A DNA stretch of 64,000 nucleotides from Clostridiales bacterium (GTDB lineage Bacteria > Bacillota > Clostridia > Christensenellales > CAG-138). The DNA lies in NCBI GenBank assembly GCA_918244965.1, contig CAKJYC010000002.1, forward strand, positions 28,197 through 92,196. Reading direction: 5' to 3'. This document shows positions 9,266 to 18,640 of this stretch, in pieces (position 1 is the stretch's first letter; every line of letters begins with the position of its first letter). Both the position numbers and the translations under genes were made by a program. A model generated the notes under the pieces. That model was given only the letters and a program-made list of their open reading frames with translations, did no database searches and was not told the origin of the DNA.

Positions 9266-10687
9266 TCAGTTCTTGTGCGTCAAAACATACCATAGAACAC
9301 TGTCGACGCCATTGATATAATCGAGCCATGTTTGTTTCACGATCACGTCCGGCATCAGTGTGTCGTCCTCATAATTCGGCCAGAAATCAACATATTCCGA
9401 GGAGCATTGACACTGAATGCAGGAGTACGGCAGCCGGAAGCTGTCTCCGCGAAAGAACCTTGTCGGCTGTCCGCCGAGCGTCCCTATGATCCTTGTGCCT
9501 TCCACGCGGCGGCGAAGCATCGCCGGGATGCCGATTGCCGCAGAAAAGCTGTTGCCGTCGATCAGGATCACAACCTTTGCTTCAATGGTGTCAAGATATT
9601 CAACGAGCTTCCGGAAGTTGCCCGACAAATCGCTGTAACCGCCCGAATTGTTGCGAAAATCCAAAATAACGGTCTGCAGCGCGCCGCCCTTCTCCGCAGC
9701 ATCGAACGCCCTGTCAAACAACGAGCCAACGGACTCGTCGACGACACAGCTGGTAAAACGCAGATACAGCACTTCCCCGTCCTTCATGATCCTGTACCAT
9801 ACGTTTTGATCCCCGGAATCCTTCAGGTATATGCCCGTATCGTCATATTCGTTTCCGATGCCGCCGTAGGCGGTAAAGCGCGTGGAATCGTCCGGATCGG
9901 ACACCCGGAAGAGCGTGACTTCGTGCCTGCTCTCCGTTCCGTCGATGCCGCGCACGGTGATCCATGCCGTTTCATCCTCGTCGTTCATGACGCCGACATG
10001 ACACAGCACGTCGCAATTCATAAGGAAATCATCCTGATAGGATATTGCTTCAAACGCTGCTTCGTTTTCACAGCTGATCATCGGCCGCATGCGTTCTCTG
10101 ATCTCGTCGATCGGTACGTCGTTGATTGCAAGCAGCTGCAAGCCGAGGAGGTCGGACAGCTCCGAACGGATCGCCCATATCGCGGCGATCGTTTTTCCGT
10201 GATCGTCGACCGGCACCACAAGGATCGGCAAGGCTTTGTCCGGTTTCAGAAAGCTGACGTAGGAATGCAGATCCTGCATCATCGCCGCCGCTTCCATCAA
10301 TCCGATATTCAATTCCCGATCGGTCGATTCCGGGATCGATCGGATCAGCGAATTGATTTTTGCGAGAAAGCGGGATTTGAGCGCGGAATCGTAATAGTTC
10401 ACCCAAGTGCTCTCCACGTATTGCATCAAGGTGTCGCTGAAGTAATATACGCTCGTCCAGCGGTCTGTCAGCAGCGGATGTCCGCGATCGGGATCCAGAT
10501 ATGTATTTGCGAAGGCAACGATGTCCTCCTCCCACCTGCGGTCGAGGCTGTCGGTCGTTGTATAGGTGTAAGGCATACCGAAGTCGGTATACGGGGTATC
10601 CGCAGATGATTGTGCCGTGCCGGTATTCGTTCCGCAGCCGAACGGCAGCAAAAGCAGAACCAGTATGAGGATCAACCGTTTTTTCAT
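9266..10687 (-). CDS. S41-family (C-terminal processing peptidase-like) lipoprotein, paralog 2
   Basis: Lipobox MKKRLILILVLLLLPFGCG. Collinear with paralog 1 along its whole length (RWEEDIVAFANTYLDP, LLAINDVPIDEIRE, ILDFRNNSGG, GNSFSAAI, GVDSVLWYVL). Confidence 0.8.
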   Translation of the reverse strand: MKKRLILILVLLLLPFGCGTNTGTAQSSADTPYTDFGMPYTYTTTDSLDRRWEEDIVAFANTYLDPDRGHPLLTDRWTSVYYFSDTLMQYVESTWVNYYDSALKSRFLAKINSLIRSIPESTDRELNIGLMEAAAMMQDLHSYVSFLKPDKALPILVVPVDDHGKTIAAIWAIRSELSDLLGLQLLAINDVPIDEIRERMRPMISCENEAAFEAISYQDDFLMNCDVLCHVGVMNDEDETAWITVRGIDGTESRHEVTLFRVSDPDDSTRFTAYGGIGNEYDDTGIYLKDSGDQNVWYRIMKDGEVLYLRFTSCVVDESVGSLFDRAFDAAEKGGALQTVILDFRNNSGGYSDLSGNFRKLVEYLDTIEAKVVILIDGNSFSAAIGIPAMLRRRVEGTRIIGTLGGQPTRFFRGDSFRLPYSCIQCQCSSEYVDFWPNYEDDTLMPDVIVKQTWLDYINGVDSVLWYVLTHKN

Positions 10688-10791
10688 ATAGGCCCCCTTT
10701 GCAATGACCGTCCCGATATATAGGTATTATACATGAATCCGCGCAGTTTGGAAACATTTTTGCGCATTTTGGCATCTTCGGTATTTTGCCC

Positions 10792-10820
10792 TTGTGGAAA
10801 CGAACGGAATATGGTAAAAT
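10792..10820 (+). promoter_or_regulatory. Sigma-A-type promoter with extended -10 for the DUF4364-like/pcrA/ligA transcription unit
   Basis: TTGTGG-17 nt-TGgTAAAAT, 23 nt upstream of ATG 10843. GGAGG RBS at 10832. Confidence 0.45.
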
Positions 10821-10842
10821 GTGATATCTATGGAGGTATGAA

Positions 10843-11388
10843 ATGCCATACTTTACACACGGTGAAACAAAGAACAAATTGATCCTTTTATATATTGCCG
10901 ACCGCGCTGCTGCCCTGCTCACGCGCGAGCAGCTGTACCGCACGGCGATCCTGAATTCCGAGATGGAATACTTCGCCTTCGAGGAAGCGCTGGGCGAGCT
11001 TTTGGAGGACGGGCTTCTGACCGAGGTGCCGAAGCCCTTCGGCGCAGGTCTGGGAATAACCGATCTCGGACGGGAAGCGCTGTCGCTCTTTGAGAAGAGC
11101 GTTCCGCAGAACGAGCGCGACCGGCTCGACGGCTACCTTGCGGCGCATCGCACGGATTTTCTGCGCGAAACGCAGATCTCCAGCCGGATCGAGAAAACGC
11201 CGACCGGCGTGATGCTGCATCTCATGCTGTCCGAGGCGGACCGTGTGATCCTGTTCGTTTCGCTTGCGGCCGCAGGCGAAGAGCAGGCGCTTGCGCTTCG
11301 CAGCCGTTGGGACGAAGCTGCCGATCCGATCTACAACTTCATTTGGGACGCGCTGAGCAATCGCCCGGAGGATCGCCATGGATCTTGA
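10843..11388 (+). CDS. Small cytoplasmic protein, winged-helix-like (resembles the DUF4364 family)
   Basis: Good RBS and coding-like composition. Overlaps pcrA by 11 nt. The family name rests on memory of the N-terminal pattern (KLILLYIADR...LTREQLY) and is not verified. Confidence 0.65.
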   Translation: MPYFTHGETKNKLILLYIADRAAALLTREQLYRTAILNSEMEYFAFEEALGELLEDGLLTEVPKPFGAGLGITDLGREALSLFEKSVPQNERDRLDGYLAAHRTDFLRETQISSRIEKTPTGVMLHLMLSEADRVILFVSLAAAGEEQALALRSRWDEAADPIYNFIWDALSNRPEDRHGS

Positions 11389-13615
11389 AAAGCTGAATCC
11401 GCCGCAGCGCGAGGCTGTCACTACGACCGAGGGACCGCTTTTGATCCTTGCGGGCGCAGGCAGCGGCAAAACGCGCGTGCTGACGCACCGTATTGCATAT
11501 CTAATCGAAGAAAAGGGTGTGTCGCCCTATCGCATTCTTGCGCTGACCTTTACGAACAAGGCCGCGAAGGAGATGCGCGAGCGCGTCGATTCGCTGGTCG
11601 AAACCGATGCGAGCCGTATCTGGGTCGCGACGTTTCACGGCTTCTGCGCACGGCTTTTGTCGATGGAGATCGACCGGCTCGGCTACGGCAAATCATTCAT
11701 CATCTACGATGAGCAGGACCAGCAATCGCTGATCGGGCATATCATCAAGGATATGAACCTGAACGACAAGGTGTTTTCTAAGCGCATGCTTGCCGGGATC
11801 TTCTCGAACGCAAAGAACCACTCCCTCTCCCCGCTCGCGTTTTTACGGGAAACGGGTCAGCCGATCCAGGTGCTCGAAGCCTTCAAGCTCTACGAAAAGC
11901 GGCTGAAGGATGCGAACGCGCTGGACTTCGACGATCTCCTGCTGTGTACGATCCGTCTGTTTGAAGAGAACCCGGACGTGCTGGAAAAGTATCAGGGACG
12001 GTTCCAATATATTCTCGTCGACGAGTATCAGGATACGAACCTTGCGCAGTACCATATCGTGAACCTGCTTGCAAAGACGCACAGGAATCTCTGCGTGGTC
12101 GGCGACGACGATCAGAGCATCTATGCCTGGCGCGGCGCGGACATTCGCAACATTCTCGAATTTGAGAAGGACTTTTCGGGCTGCAGGGTCATCCGGCTTG
12201 AGCAGAACTACCGCTCGACCGAAAAAATCCTCAACGCCGCAAACGCCGTCATCCGCAACAACCGCGGCCGCAAGGAAAAGCAGCTCTGGACTGCTGAAAA
12301 GGGCGGCGATCCGATCGACGTGCACGAAGCGAACGACGAACGCGACGAGGCATACTATATTTGTTCGCGCATTGCAAGCGGCGTTCGTTCCGGCGCGCGC
12401 TACGACGATTTTGCGATCCTCTACCGCACGCATGCGCAAAGCCGCGTGCTCGAAATGATGCTGAAGAGCTTTCTGATCCCGTATCGCGTCTACGGCGGCG
12501 TATCGTTCTTCTCGCGCGCGGAGGTCAAGGACATCCTCGCTTACCTGCGTCTGGTGCTGAATCCCGCCGACGACGAAGCGTTTTTGCGCACGGTCAATCT
12601 TCCGCCGCGCGGCATCGGCGCAACGAGCATTGCGCAGCTTGCCGACAGCGCAAGACGGCGCGGGATCCCGCTTTTGTCCGCGGTCATCTCTCCCGGCGAT
12701 CTGCCGCCGCGCACTGCTGCGAAGTTCACGCCGTTTCTCAATCTGTTCCAATTGCTCTATGAGCTGTTGGACACGATGTCCCTTGCGGCCTTTACGCGCG
12801 AGCTTATAGAACGGATCGGCTATGACGCGTATCTTCGGGACGACAAAAAGGAGAACTATGAGACGCGCGCCGAGGTCGTCGAGGAGCTTCTGGGCTACAT
12901 CGAGGAGTTCGAGGAAAGCTATACGGAAAACGACGGCAATGTGCTGCAGGCATTCCTGACGAACGTCGCGCTGTTTTCGCAGGCGGACAATGTGGACGAA
13001 ACGAACGGCTGCGTGAACCTGATGACGCTGCATGCCGCGAAGGGACTGGAGTTTCCGAACGTGTTTCTGTGCGGACTTGAAGAAGGGCTCTTCCCCTCCC
13101 GTCAGTCGTCCGGCGACGATGAAAAGCTGGAGGAGGAACGCAGGCTGTGCTACGTCGGCGTGACGCGCGCGAAAAAGCGGCTGTATTTGTCGTATGCGCG
13201 GGAACGCACGCTGTACGGACAGACGGAACCCGCTCTGCCCTCGCGATTCCTGAACGAAATGGGCGATACGATCTCCCTGCCGGAGAACCGGTACAGCCGC
13301 CGCGCCGCGCCGGAGCGTCGATGGGACGGTTCCTCCCGTTCGTCGTTCGGCTCCTCCGCCTCCCTCTTCAATGCGCCGATCCAGAAGCCGTCTCAGCCGG
13401 CGAAACCCGCTGTGGGCACGAAGCCGGAGCCGCCGAGGAAGGCGCAGACATTCACCGGAACCGTCGGCAGCCGCGTGCGCCACAAGCTGTTCGGCGAAGG
13501 GACCGTGATCGGGCTTGACGGCGCAGGCGCCGCGATGATCGTTCAGATTCGCTTCGACAACGGAGCCGTAAAAAAACTGGCGGCAGGCTTTGCCCCGCTG
13601 GAAGTATTGGAGTAA
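11378..13615 (+). CDS. pcrA: ATP-dependent DNA helicase PcrA (UvrD family)
   Basis: Walker A AGAGSGKT, motif II VDEYQDTN, TLHAAKGLEF, RRLCYVGVTRAK. Confidence 0.95.
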   Translation: MDLEKLNPPQREAVTTTEGPLLILAGAGSGKTRVLTHRIAYLIEEKGVSPYRILALTFTNKAAKEMRERVDSLVETDASRIWVATFHGFCARLLSMEIDRLGYGKSFIIYDEQDQQSLIGHIIKDMNLNDKVFSKRMLAGIFSNAKNHSLSPLAFLRETGQPIQVLEAFKLYEKRLKDANALDFDDLLLCTIRLFEENPDVLEKYQGRFQYILVDEYQDTNLAQYHIVNLLAKTHRNLCVVGDDDQSIYAWRGADIRNILEFEKDFSGCRVIRLEQNYRSTEKILNAANAVIRNNRGRKEKQLWTAEKGGDPIDVHEANDERDEAYYICSRIASGVRSGARYDDFAILYRTHAQSRVLEMMLKSFLIPYRVYGGVSFFSRAEVKDILAYLRLVLNPADDEAFLRTVNLPPRGIGATSIAQLADSARRRGIPLLSAVISPGDLPPRTAAKFTPFLNLFQLLYELLDTMSLAAFTRELIERIGYDAYLRDDKKENYETRAEVVEELLGYIEEFEESYTENDGNVLQAFLTNVALFSQADNVDETNGCVNLMTLHAAKGLEFPNVFLCGLEEGLFPSRQSSGDDEKLEEERRLCYVGVTRAKKRLYLSYARERTLYGQTEPALPSRFLNEMGDTISLPENRYSRRAAPERRWDGSSRSSFGSSASLFNAPIQKPSQPAKPAVGTKPEPPRKAQTFTGTVGSRVRHKLFGEGTVIGLDGAGAAMIVQIRFDNGAVKKLAAGFAPLEVLE

Positions 13616-13618
13616 ACT

Positions 13619-15571
13619 ATGGATCGTCAGCATGAATTGGTAAACATTCTGAATCGCTACGCCGCCGCTTACTATGAGCAGGACGCGCCGCTTGTGTCCG
13701 ATGCGGAATACGACCGGCTGTACGACGAGCTTCTGGCGCTCGAAGCCGATAGCGGCGTTGTGCTGCCCGACAGTCCCACGCTGCGCGTCGGCGGCTCGCC
13801 GCTCAAAAAGTTCGAGGAGCACCGGCATCTCGGCCGGCTCTGGAGTCTTGACAAGGTGCGCACGCCGGAGGGACTCAAGGACTTTGTGCGCAAGGTCACC
13901 GCAGCGTCGCCCGAACCGCCGACGTTTGCGCTTGAATATAAATTCGACGGACTGACCGTCAATCTGACCTATGACAACGGCGTGCTCGTACAGGGCGCGA
14001 CGCGCGGCAACGGCGTCGTCGGCGAGGCGATCCTGCCGCAAATGCGCACGATCCGCTCGATCCCGCTCACCATCCCGTTCAAGGGGCGCATGGAGGTGCA
14101 GGGCGAATGCATCATGCGTCTTTCCGTGCTGGAAGCGTACAACCGCACAGCGACCGAACCGCTGAAAAATGCGCGCAACGCGGCCGCAGGCGCGCTCCGC
14201 AACCTCGATCCGGCCGTGACGGCCGCGCGAAAGCTCGACGTCTTCTGCTACAACGTCGGCTATATCGAAGGAAAAACGCTGACAAATCAGAAGGAAATGC
14301 TCGATTTCCTCAAGGAAAACGGCTTCCCCGTCTGTCCGTATGTGCGCTGGCTTCATACGCCCGACGAGATCATGGACGAGATCGACAAGGCCGAAACGAT
14401 GCGCGATACGCTCGATTTTCTGATAGACGGCATGGTCGTCAAGGTGACGGACTTTGCGCTGCGCGAGAAGCTCGGCGCAACCGAAAAGTTCCCGCGCTGG
14501 GCCATGGCGTACAAGTTCGCCGCCGAAGAGCTGACGGCGACGATCCTCGACGTCACCTGGGAGGTCGGACGGACCGGCAAGCTGACGCCGCTTGCGCACA
14601 TTGAGCCGGTCGAGTTTTCCGGCGTGACCGTGAAGAAGGCGACGCTGAACAACTGGGACGATGTGCAGAGAAAGCGCGTCGGGATCGGTTCGCGCGTATT
14701 TATCCGCCGCAGCAACGACGTGATCCCGGAGATCCTCGGCGCCGTGCCCGACGACAAACCGGAACGTCCGGTCGAAAAGCCCGTCGTCTGTCCGCAGTGC
14801 GGCGCGCACGTCGAACTGCGCGGCGCGCACCTCTACTGCACCAACTCGCTCTCCTGTCGTCCGCAGATCGCGGCGCGGCTGTCGCATTACGCGTCCCGCG
14901 ACGCCATGGACATCGACACGTTCGCCGGAAAGACCGCCGAACAGCTGATCGACGCGTTCGGCATCAGCACGATCCCGGAGCTGTATGCGCTGTCGCACGA
15001 GCAGCTCAAGGCGCTCGATCGCTTCGGTGCGAAGAAGGCGCAGAACCTTCTGGACGCATTGGAGGCGAGCAAGCACCGGCCGCTCGCCGCGTTCCTGTAC
15101 GCGCTCGGCATTCCGAACGTCGGCACCAAAACCGCAAAGGACCTTACGCGGCGCTTCGGTACGCTGGACGCCGTGCGGCACGCAACGCGTGAGGAGCTGT
15201 CCGCGATCGACGACGTCGGCGACGTGGTCGCGAACGACATCGTGACGTTCTTCTCCGACACGCGCATTGCGGATCAGATCGACCGGCTTTTAGAGCTCGG
15301 CGTGCATCCGGAGGAAATGCAAAAGCGCGACGGCGGTCCTCTGCCGCTTTCCGGAATGACGGTCGTGATCACCGGCACGCTTGCAACGCTTTCACGGCGC
15401 GAAGCCGAGGCGCTGGTCGAGCAGAACGGCGGCAAGGCGGCCGGAAGCGTATCGAAGAATACGTCGTTTGTGGTCGTCGGCGAAAACGCAGGCAGCAAGG
15501 CGGACAAGGCGCAATCGCTCGGCATTCCGATGCTGAACGAGGCAGAGTTTTTGCAAAGGCTCGGAAAATGA
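13619..15571 (+). CDS. ligA: NAD-dependent DNA ligase
   Basis: Adenylation motif EYKFDGL, zinc finger CPQCGAHVELRGAHLYCTNSLSC, HhH repeats and a C-terminal BRCT-like segment. Confidence 0.97.
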   Translation: MDRQHELVNILNRYAAAYYEQDAPLVSDAEYDRLYDELLALEADSGVVLPDSPTLRVGGSPLKKFEEHRHLGRLWSLDKVRTPEGLKDFVRKVTAASPEPPTFALEYKFDGLTVNLTYDNGVLVQGATRGNGVVGEAILPQMRTIRSIPLTIPFKGRMEVQGECIMRLSVLEAYNRTATEPLKNARNAAAGALRNLDPAVTAARKLDVFCYNVGYIEGKTLTNQKEMLDFLKENGFPVCPYVRWLHTPDEIMDEIDKAETMRDTLDFLIDGMVVKVTDFALREKLGATEKFPRWAMAYKFAAEELTATILDVTWEVGRTGKLTPLAHIEPVEFSGVTVKKATLNNWDDVQRKRVGIGSRVFIRRSNDVIPEILGAVPDDKPERPVEKPVVCPQCGAHVELRGAHLYCTNSLSCRPQIAARLSHYASRDAMDIDTFAGKTAEQLIDAFGISTIPELYALSHEQLKALDRFGAKKAQNLLDALEASKHRPLAAFLYALGIPNVGTKTAKDLTRRFGTLDAVRHATREELSAIDDVGDVVANDIVTFFSDTRIADQIDRLLELGVHPEEMQKRDGGPLPLSGMTVVITGTLATLSRREAEALVEQNGGKAAGSVSKNTSFVVVGENAGSKADKAQSLGIPMLNEAEFLQRLGK

Positions 15572-16548
15572 AGATAGGCAAGCTGGACAACGATACTTTA
15601 GAGAGACTGATCCTCGATCGGTTTCATCATACGCGCAGCGAATCCTTCGGCGCACCGCGCATCGGCATGGACTGTGCCATGCTGGATTTTTCGGGCGATC
15701 TGATCGTAACAAGCTGCGATCCGATCACCTCGGCCGACGCGCGGCATATCGGCGCGCTGTCGGTGCATGTCAACTGCAACGACGCGGCGGCCAGCGGCGC
15801 GGAACCCGTGGCGCTGCTTGTGACGCTTCTGCTGCCGCCCGACGCGACCGAGGACACGGTTGCAATGATCGCCGAGGATTTAGAGGATGCGGCAGAGCGC
15901 GCAGGCGTCGATATCATCGGCGGGCATACCGAGGTGACCGACGCCGTGACCCGCGTTACGACCTGCACGACGGTGCTGGCGAGAACGCCGAAGGCAAGGA
16001 TGCTCTGCGGCGCAAAGGCGGGCGACGCGATCGTGATGACAAAATGGGCCGGACTCGAAGGAACTATGCTGATCGCGTGCGATCACGCGGATCGGCTGCA
16101 GGCCGTTCCTCATGCGTTGATCGCGCAGGCAAAGGCGCTCAATCAGCATCTGTCCGTGGTGCCGGAAAGCCGTATTGCGATGCAGCACGGCGCGCACGCC
16201 ATGCATGACGTCACCGAGGGCGGCGTGCTCGGCGCGGTATGGGAGCTTGCGGCGCAGTCGCAACTGGGCGCGGTCGTCGATCGGGACGCGATCCCGGTCC
16301 TCCCGGAAACAAAAGCGATCACGGATGCGGTCAACATCGACCCGTACCGGCTGATGGCAAGCGGTTCCATGCTGATCGCGTGCGAACACGGTGACAAAAT
16401 GGCTGCCGCGCTGAACGAAGCCGGGATCCCCGCCGCGGTGATCGGACGCATTACAGAAAACGGATTCTGTTTTTCGGACGGGTCCCCGCTCGATTCGCCG
16501 GGTCCGGACGAACTGTACCGTCTGTTTTCTCCCGAAAATGAAAAATAA
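15568..16548 (+). CDS. AIR synthase-related protein (PurM/ThiL/HypE superfamily, COG0309-like)
   Basis: N-terminal DCAMLDF...VTSCDPIT...NDAAASGAEP and GGHTEVT motifs. ATGA overlap with the ligA stop. Confidence 0.8.
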   Translation: MKIGKLDNDTLERLILDRFHHTRSESFGAPRIGMDCAMLDFSGDLIVTSCDPITSADARHIGALSVHVNCNDAAASGAEPVALLVTLLLPPDATEDTVAMIAEDLEDAAERAGVDIIGGHTEVTDAVTRVTTCTTVLARTPKARMLCGAKAGDAIVMTKWAGLEGTMLIACDHADRLQAVPHALIAQAKALNQHLSVVPESRIAMQHGAHAMHDVTEGGVLGAVWELAAQSQLGAVVDRDAIPVLPETKAITDAVNIDPYRLMASGSMLIACEHGDKMAAALNEAGIPAAVIGRITENGFCFSDGSPLDSPGPDELYRLFSPENEK

Positions 16549-16562
16549 TCCGTCTTCCGGGC

Positions 16563-16592
16563 TTGTGTTTTCCATACGGAATATGGTATACT
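16563..16592 (+). promoter_or_regulatory. Sigma-A-type promoter with extended -10 for the yicC-remA-gmk-rpoZ unit
   Basis: TTGTGT-18 nt-TGgTATACT, 22 nt upstream of ATG 16615. GGAGG RBS. Confidence 0.45.
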
Positions 16593-16614
16593 TTGTATTT
16601 GCGGAGGTAAGGGT

Positions 16615-17490
16615 ATGAAAAGCATGACCGGATATGGAAAGGGCGTCGTCCAAAAGGACGGACGCGAGCTGACCGTCGAACTGAAAAGCGTGAACCATCG
16701 CTTTCTGGACGTCTCGATGCGTCTGCCCCGCGTGCTTTCCTGTATCGAGGACACGCTTCGCTCGACGATCGCCGCGCGGCTTGCCCGCGGACACGTCGAT
16801 GTGTTCGTGAATTACCGCAACACGCGCAGCGACGCGAAATCCGTTCGCATTGACGAAGATCTGCTCCATGCATATATCGTCGCTGCATCCGAAGCGAATG
16901 AGAAGCTGAACCTTACCTACGATCTGACGCTTTCAAATGCGCTGCGGCTCCCGGACGTGACGGAGATCGTTCCCGCCGATGAAGACAATGACGCGCTGAT
17001 CGCGCTTGCGAGGGATGCGACAAATCTTGCGCTCGACGCGCTGATCGAAATGCGGATCGCCGAAGGCGACAGGCTGAAGATCGCGCTGAACGCAGGCGTC
17101 GACGCCATGGACACGTATCGCGAGCAGATCCTTGCCCGCGCGCCGTTCGTGGCTGAGGAGTACCGTCGAAAGCTCAACGAACGTATTGAGGCGGTACTTT
17201 CCGATACGGAGATCGACCGTGCACGGCTTGCGACCGAGGTCGCGCTGTTTGCGGACCGCTGCTGCATCGACGAGGAGCTTGTCCGGCTGAAAAGCCATAT
17301 CGCGCAGTTCCGTACGTATCTCGATACGAACGAACCGGTCGGGCGGAACATGGACTTTATCGTGCAGGAAATGAACCGCGAATGCAACACGATCGGCAGC
17401 AAAGCAAACGACGCCGGGTTGACAAAGGCCGTGCTTGCATGCAAGGCGGAGATCGAAAAGCTTCGCGAACAGATCCAGAATGTGGAGTGA
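16615..17490 (+). CDS. yicC: YicC/YloC family stress-induced protein
   Basis: [10 protein letters not shown]...[11 protein letters not shown] signature and C-terminal [13 protein letters not shown]. Confidence 0.9.
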   Translation: MKSMTGYGKGVVQKDGRELTVELKSVNHRFLDVSMRLPRVLSCIEDTLRSTIAARLARGHVDVFVNYRNTRSDAKSVRIDEDLLHAYIVAASEANEKLNLTYDLTLSNALRLPDVTEIVPADEDNDALIALARDATNLALDALIEMRIAEGDRLKIALNAGVDAMDTYREQILARAPFVAEEYRRKLNERIEAVLSDTEIDRARLATEVALFADRCCIDEELVRLKSHIAQFRTYLDTNEPVGRNMDFIVQEMNRECNTIGSKANDAGLTKAVLACKAEIEKLREQIQNVE

Positions 17491-17494
17491 CGGT

Positions 17495-17758
17495 ATGAAG
17501 GACAATGCGGCTTTGGTATCGGTCGGATTCGGCAACATCGTCTCCGGCGCGCGGATCATTGCGGTCGTCACTCCGGATTCCGCGCCGGTCAAGCGGCTCA
17601 TTCAGGACGCACGCGACCGGCGGCTACTGATCGATGCAAGCTGCGGTCGCAAAACGCGCGCCGTGCTTGTGATGGACAGCGGACACGTCGTTCTGTCGGC
17701 GCTGCAGTCCGAGACGATTGCAAAGCGGCTGAACGCCGAATGGAACACAGAAGGATAA
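17495..17758 (+). CDS. remA: RemA/YlzA (DUF370) regulator
   Basis: [47 protein letters not shown] matches the RemA core. The internal ATG at 17495 is preferred over the track start. Confidence 0.9.
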   Translation: MKDNAALVSVGFGNIVSGARIIAVVTPDSAPVKRLIQDARDRRLLIDASCGRKTRAVLVMDSGHVVLSALQSETIAKRLNAEWNTEG

Positions 17759-17768
17759 GGAGCGTACT

Positions 17769-18395
17769 ATGGCAAGAAAACGAAAAGGCCTTTTGCTCGT
17801 GGTTTCCGGACCTGCCGGCGTCGGAAAAGGCACGGTCAACGCAATGCTGATGCAGCGTCACCCCGAAATCAAGATGTCGGTATCGGTGACCACGCGCGCG
17901 CCGCGTCCCGGCGAGATCGACGGCGTACACTACTTCTTCCGCACAAAGGAAGAATTCGACCGTATGATCGAGGAGAACGCGTTTCTGGAATACATGCACG
18001 TCTTCGGCATGAACTACTACGGAACACCGCGGTCATTCGTCGAAGCCGAGCGCGAGAAAGGCAACCACGTCATCCTTGAGATCGACGTGCAGGGCGCGAT
18101 GAAGGTCAAGGAGGCCTGTCCGGACGCGGTGATGGTGTTTATCGCTCCCCCGTCCCTTGCGATCCTGAAAAGCCGTCTGGTCGGCCGCGGCACGGAAACG
18201 CAGGAATCCATCGACGTCCGCACCGCGACGGCGCTGAACGAGCTGAAAATGCTGCCGCAATACGATTACATGGTTATCAACGACGTGCTTGAAGAGGCCG
18301 TCGGCGAAATGGAATCCATACTGACCTCGGAGCTACTGCGCACCGAACGGAATACAACGCTTATTGAGAAATTGACAGGAGGCGAAACCATATGA
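17769..18395 (+). CDS. gmk: Guanylate kinase
   Basis: P-loop SGPAGVGKGT, TTRAPRPGEIDGVHYFF, EIDVQGA. Confidence 0.97.
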   Translation: MARKRKGLLLVVSGPAGVGKGTVNAMLMQRHPEIKMSVSVTTRAPRPGEIDGVHYFFRTKEEFDRMIEENAFLEYMHVFGMNYYGTPRSFVEAEREKGNHVILEIDVQGAMKVKEACPDAVMVFIAPPSLAILKSRLVGRGTETQESIDVRTATALNELKMLPQYDYMVINDVLEEAVGEMESILTSELLRTERNTTLIEKLTGGETI

Positions 18396-18586
18396 TGAAT
18401 TATCCTTCTTTGAACGAGCTGGTCAAAAAAGCCGGATGCCGCTACATGCTCGTGACTGCAGTCGCGAACCGTGCAAGACAGCTCCAGGACCATCCCGAAA
18501 AGCTCGGCACGAACAAGCCGGTTTCCATGGCTGTGGATGAGCTCTACCATGACCGATTGATTCTGAACGCACCGAAAGATAACTGA
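18392..18586 (+). CDS. rpoZ: DNA-directed RNA polymerase subunit omega
   Basis: 64 aa. YMLVTAVANRARQL core. ATGA overlap with gmk. Conserved position after gmk. Confidence 0.88.
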   Translation: MMNYPSLNELVKKAGCRYMLVTAVANRARQLQDHPEKLGTNKPVSMAVDELYHDRLILNAPKDN

Positions 18587-18598
18587 CGCGTTGTTTTT

Positions 18599-18629
18599 CG
18601 CCCGCTGCGTTTTGCACGGGCGTTTTTTT
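18599..18629 (+). terminator. Rho-independent terminator after rpoZ
   Basis: Stem cgcccg / cgggcg followed by T7. Confidence 0.6.
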
Positions 18630-18640
18630 ACAAACGAAAG

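Noticed and set aside
11843-15181. 1112-aa ORF on the - strand spanning pcrA and ligA. Similar very long antisense ORFs occur at 50361-52586 (741 aa), 56255-58831 (858 aa), 46751-48175 and 35-1171.
   Set aside because: Each is exactly antisense to a gene with unmistakable conserved motifs. The translations are Arg/Ala/Gly/His-rich low-information strings with no RBS. Long stop-free antisense frames are an expected artefact of high-GC codon bias.
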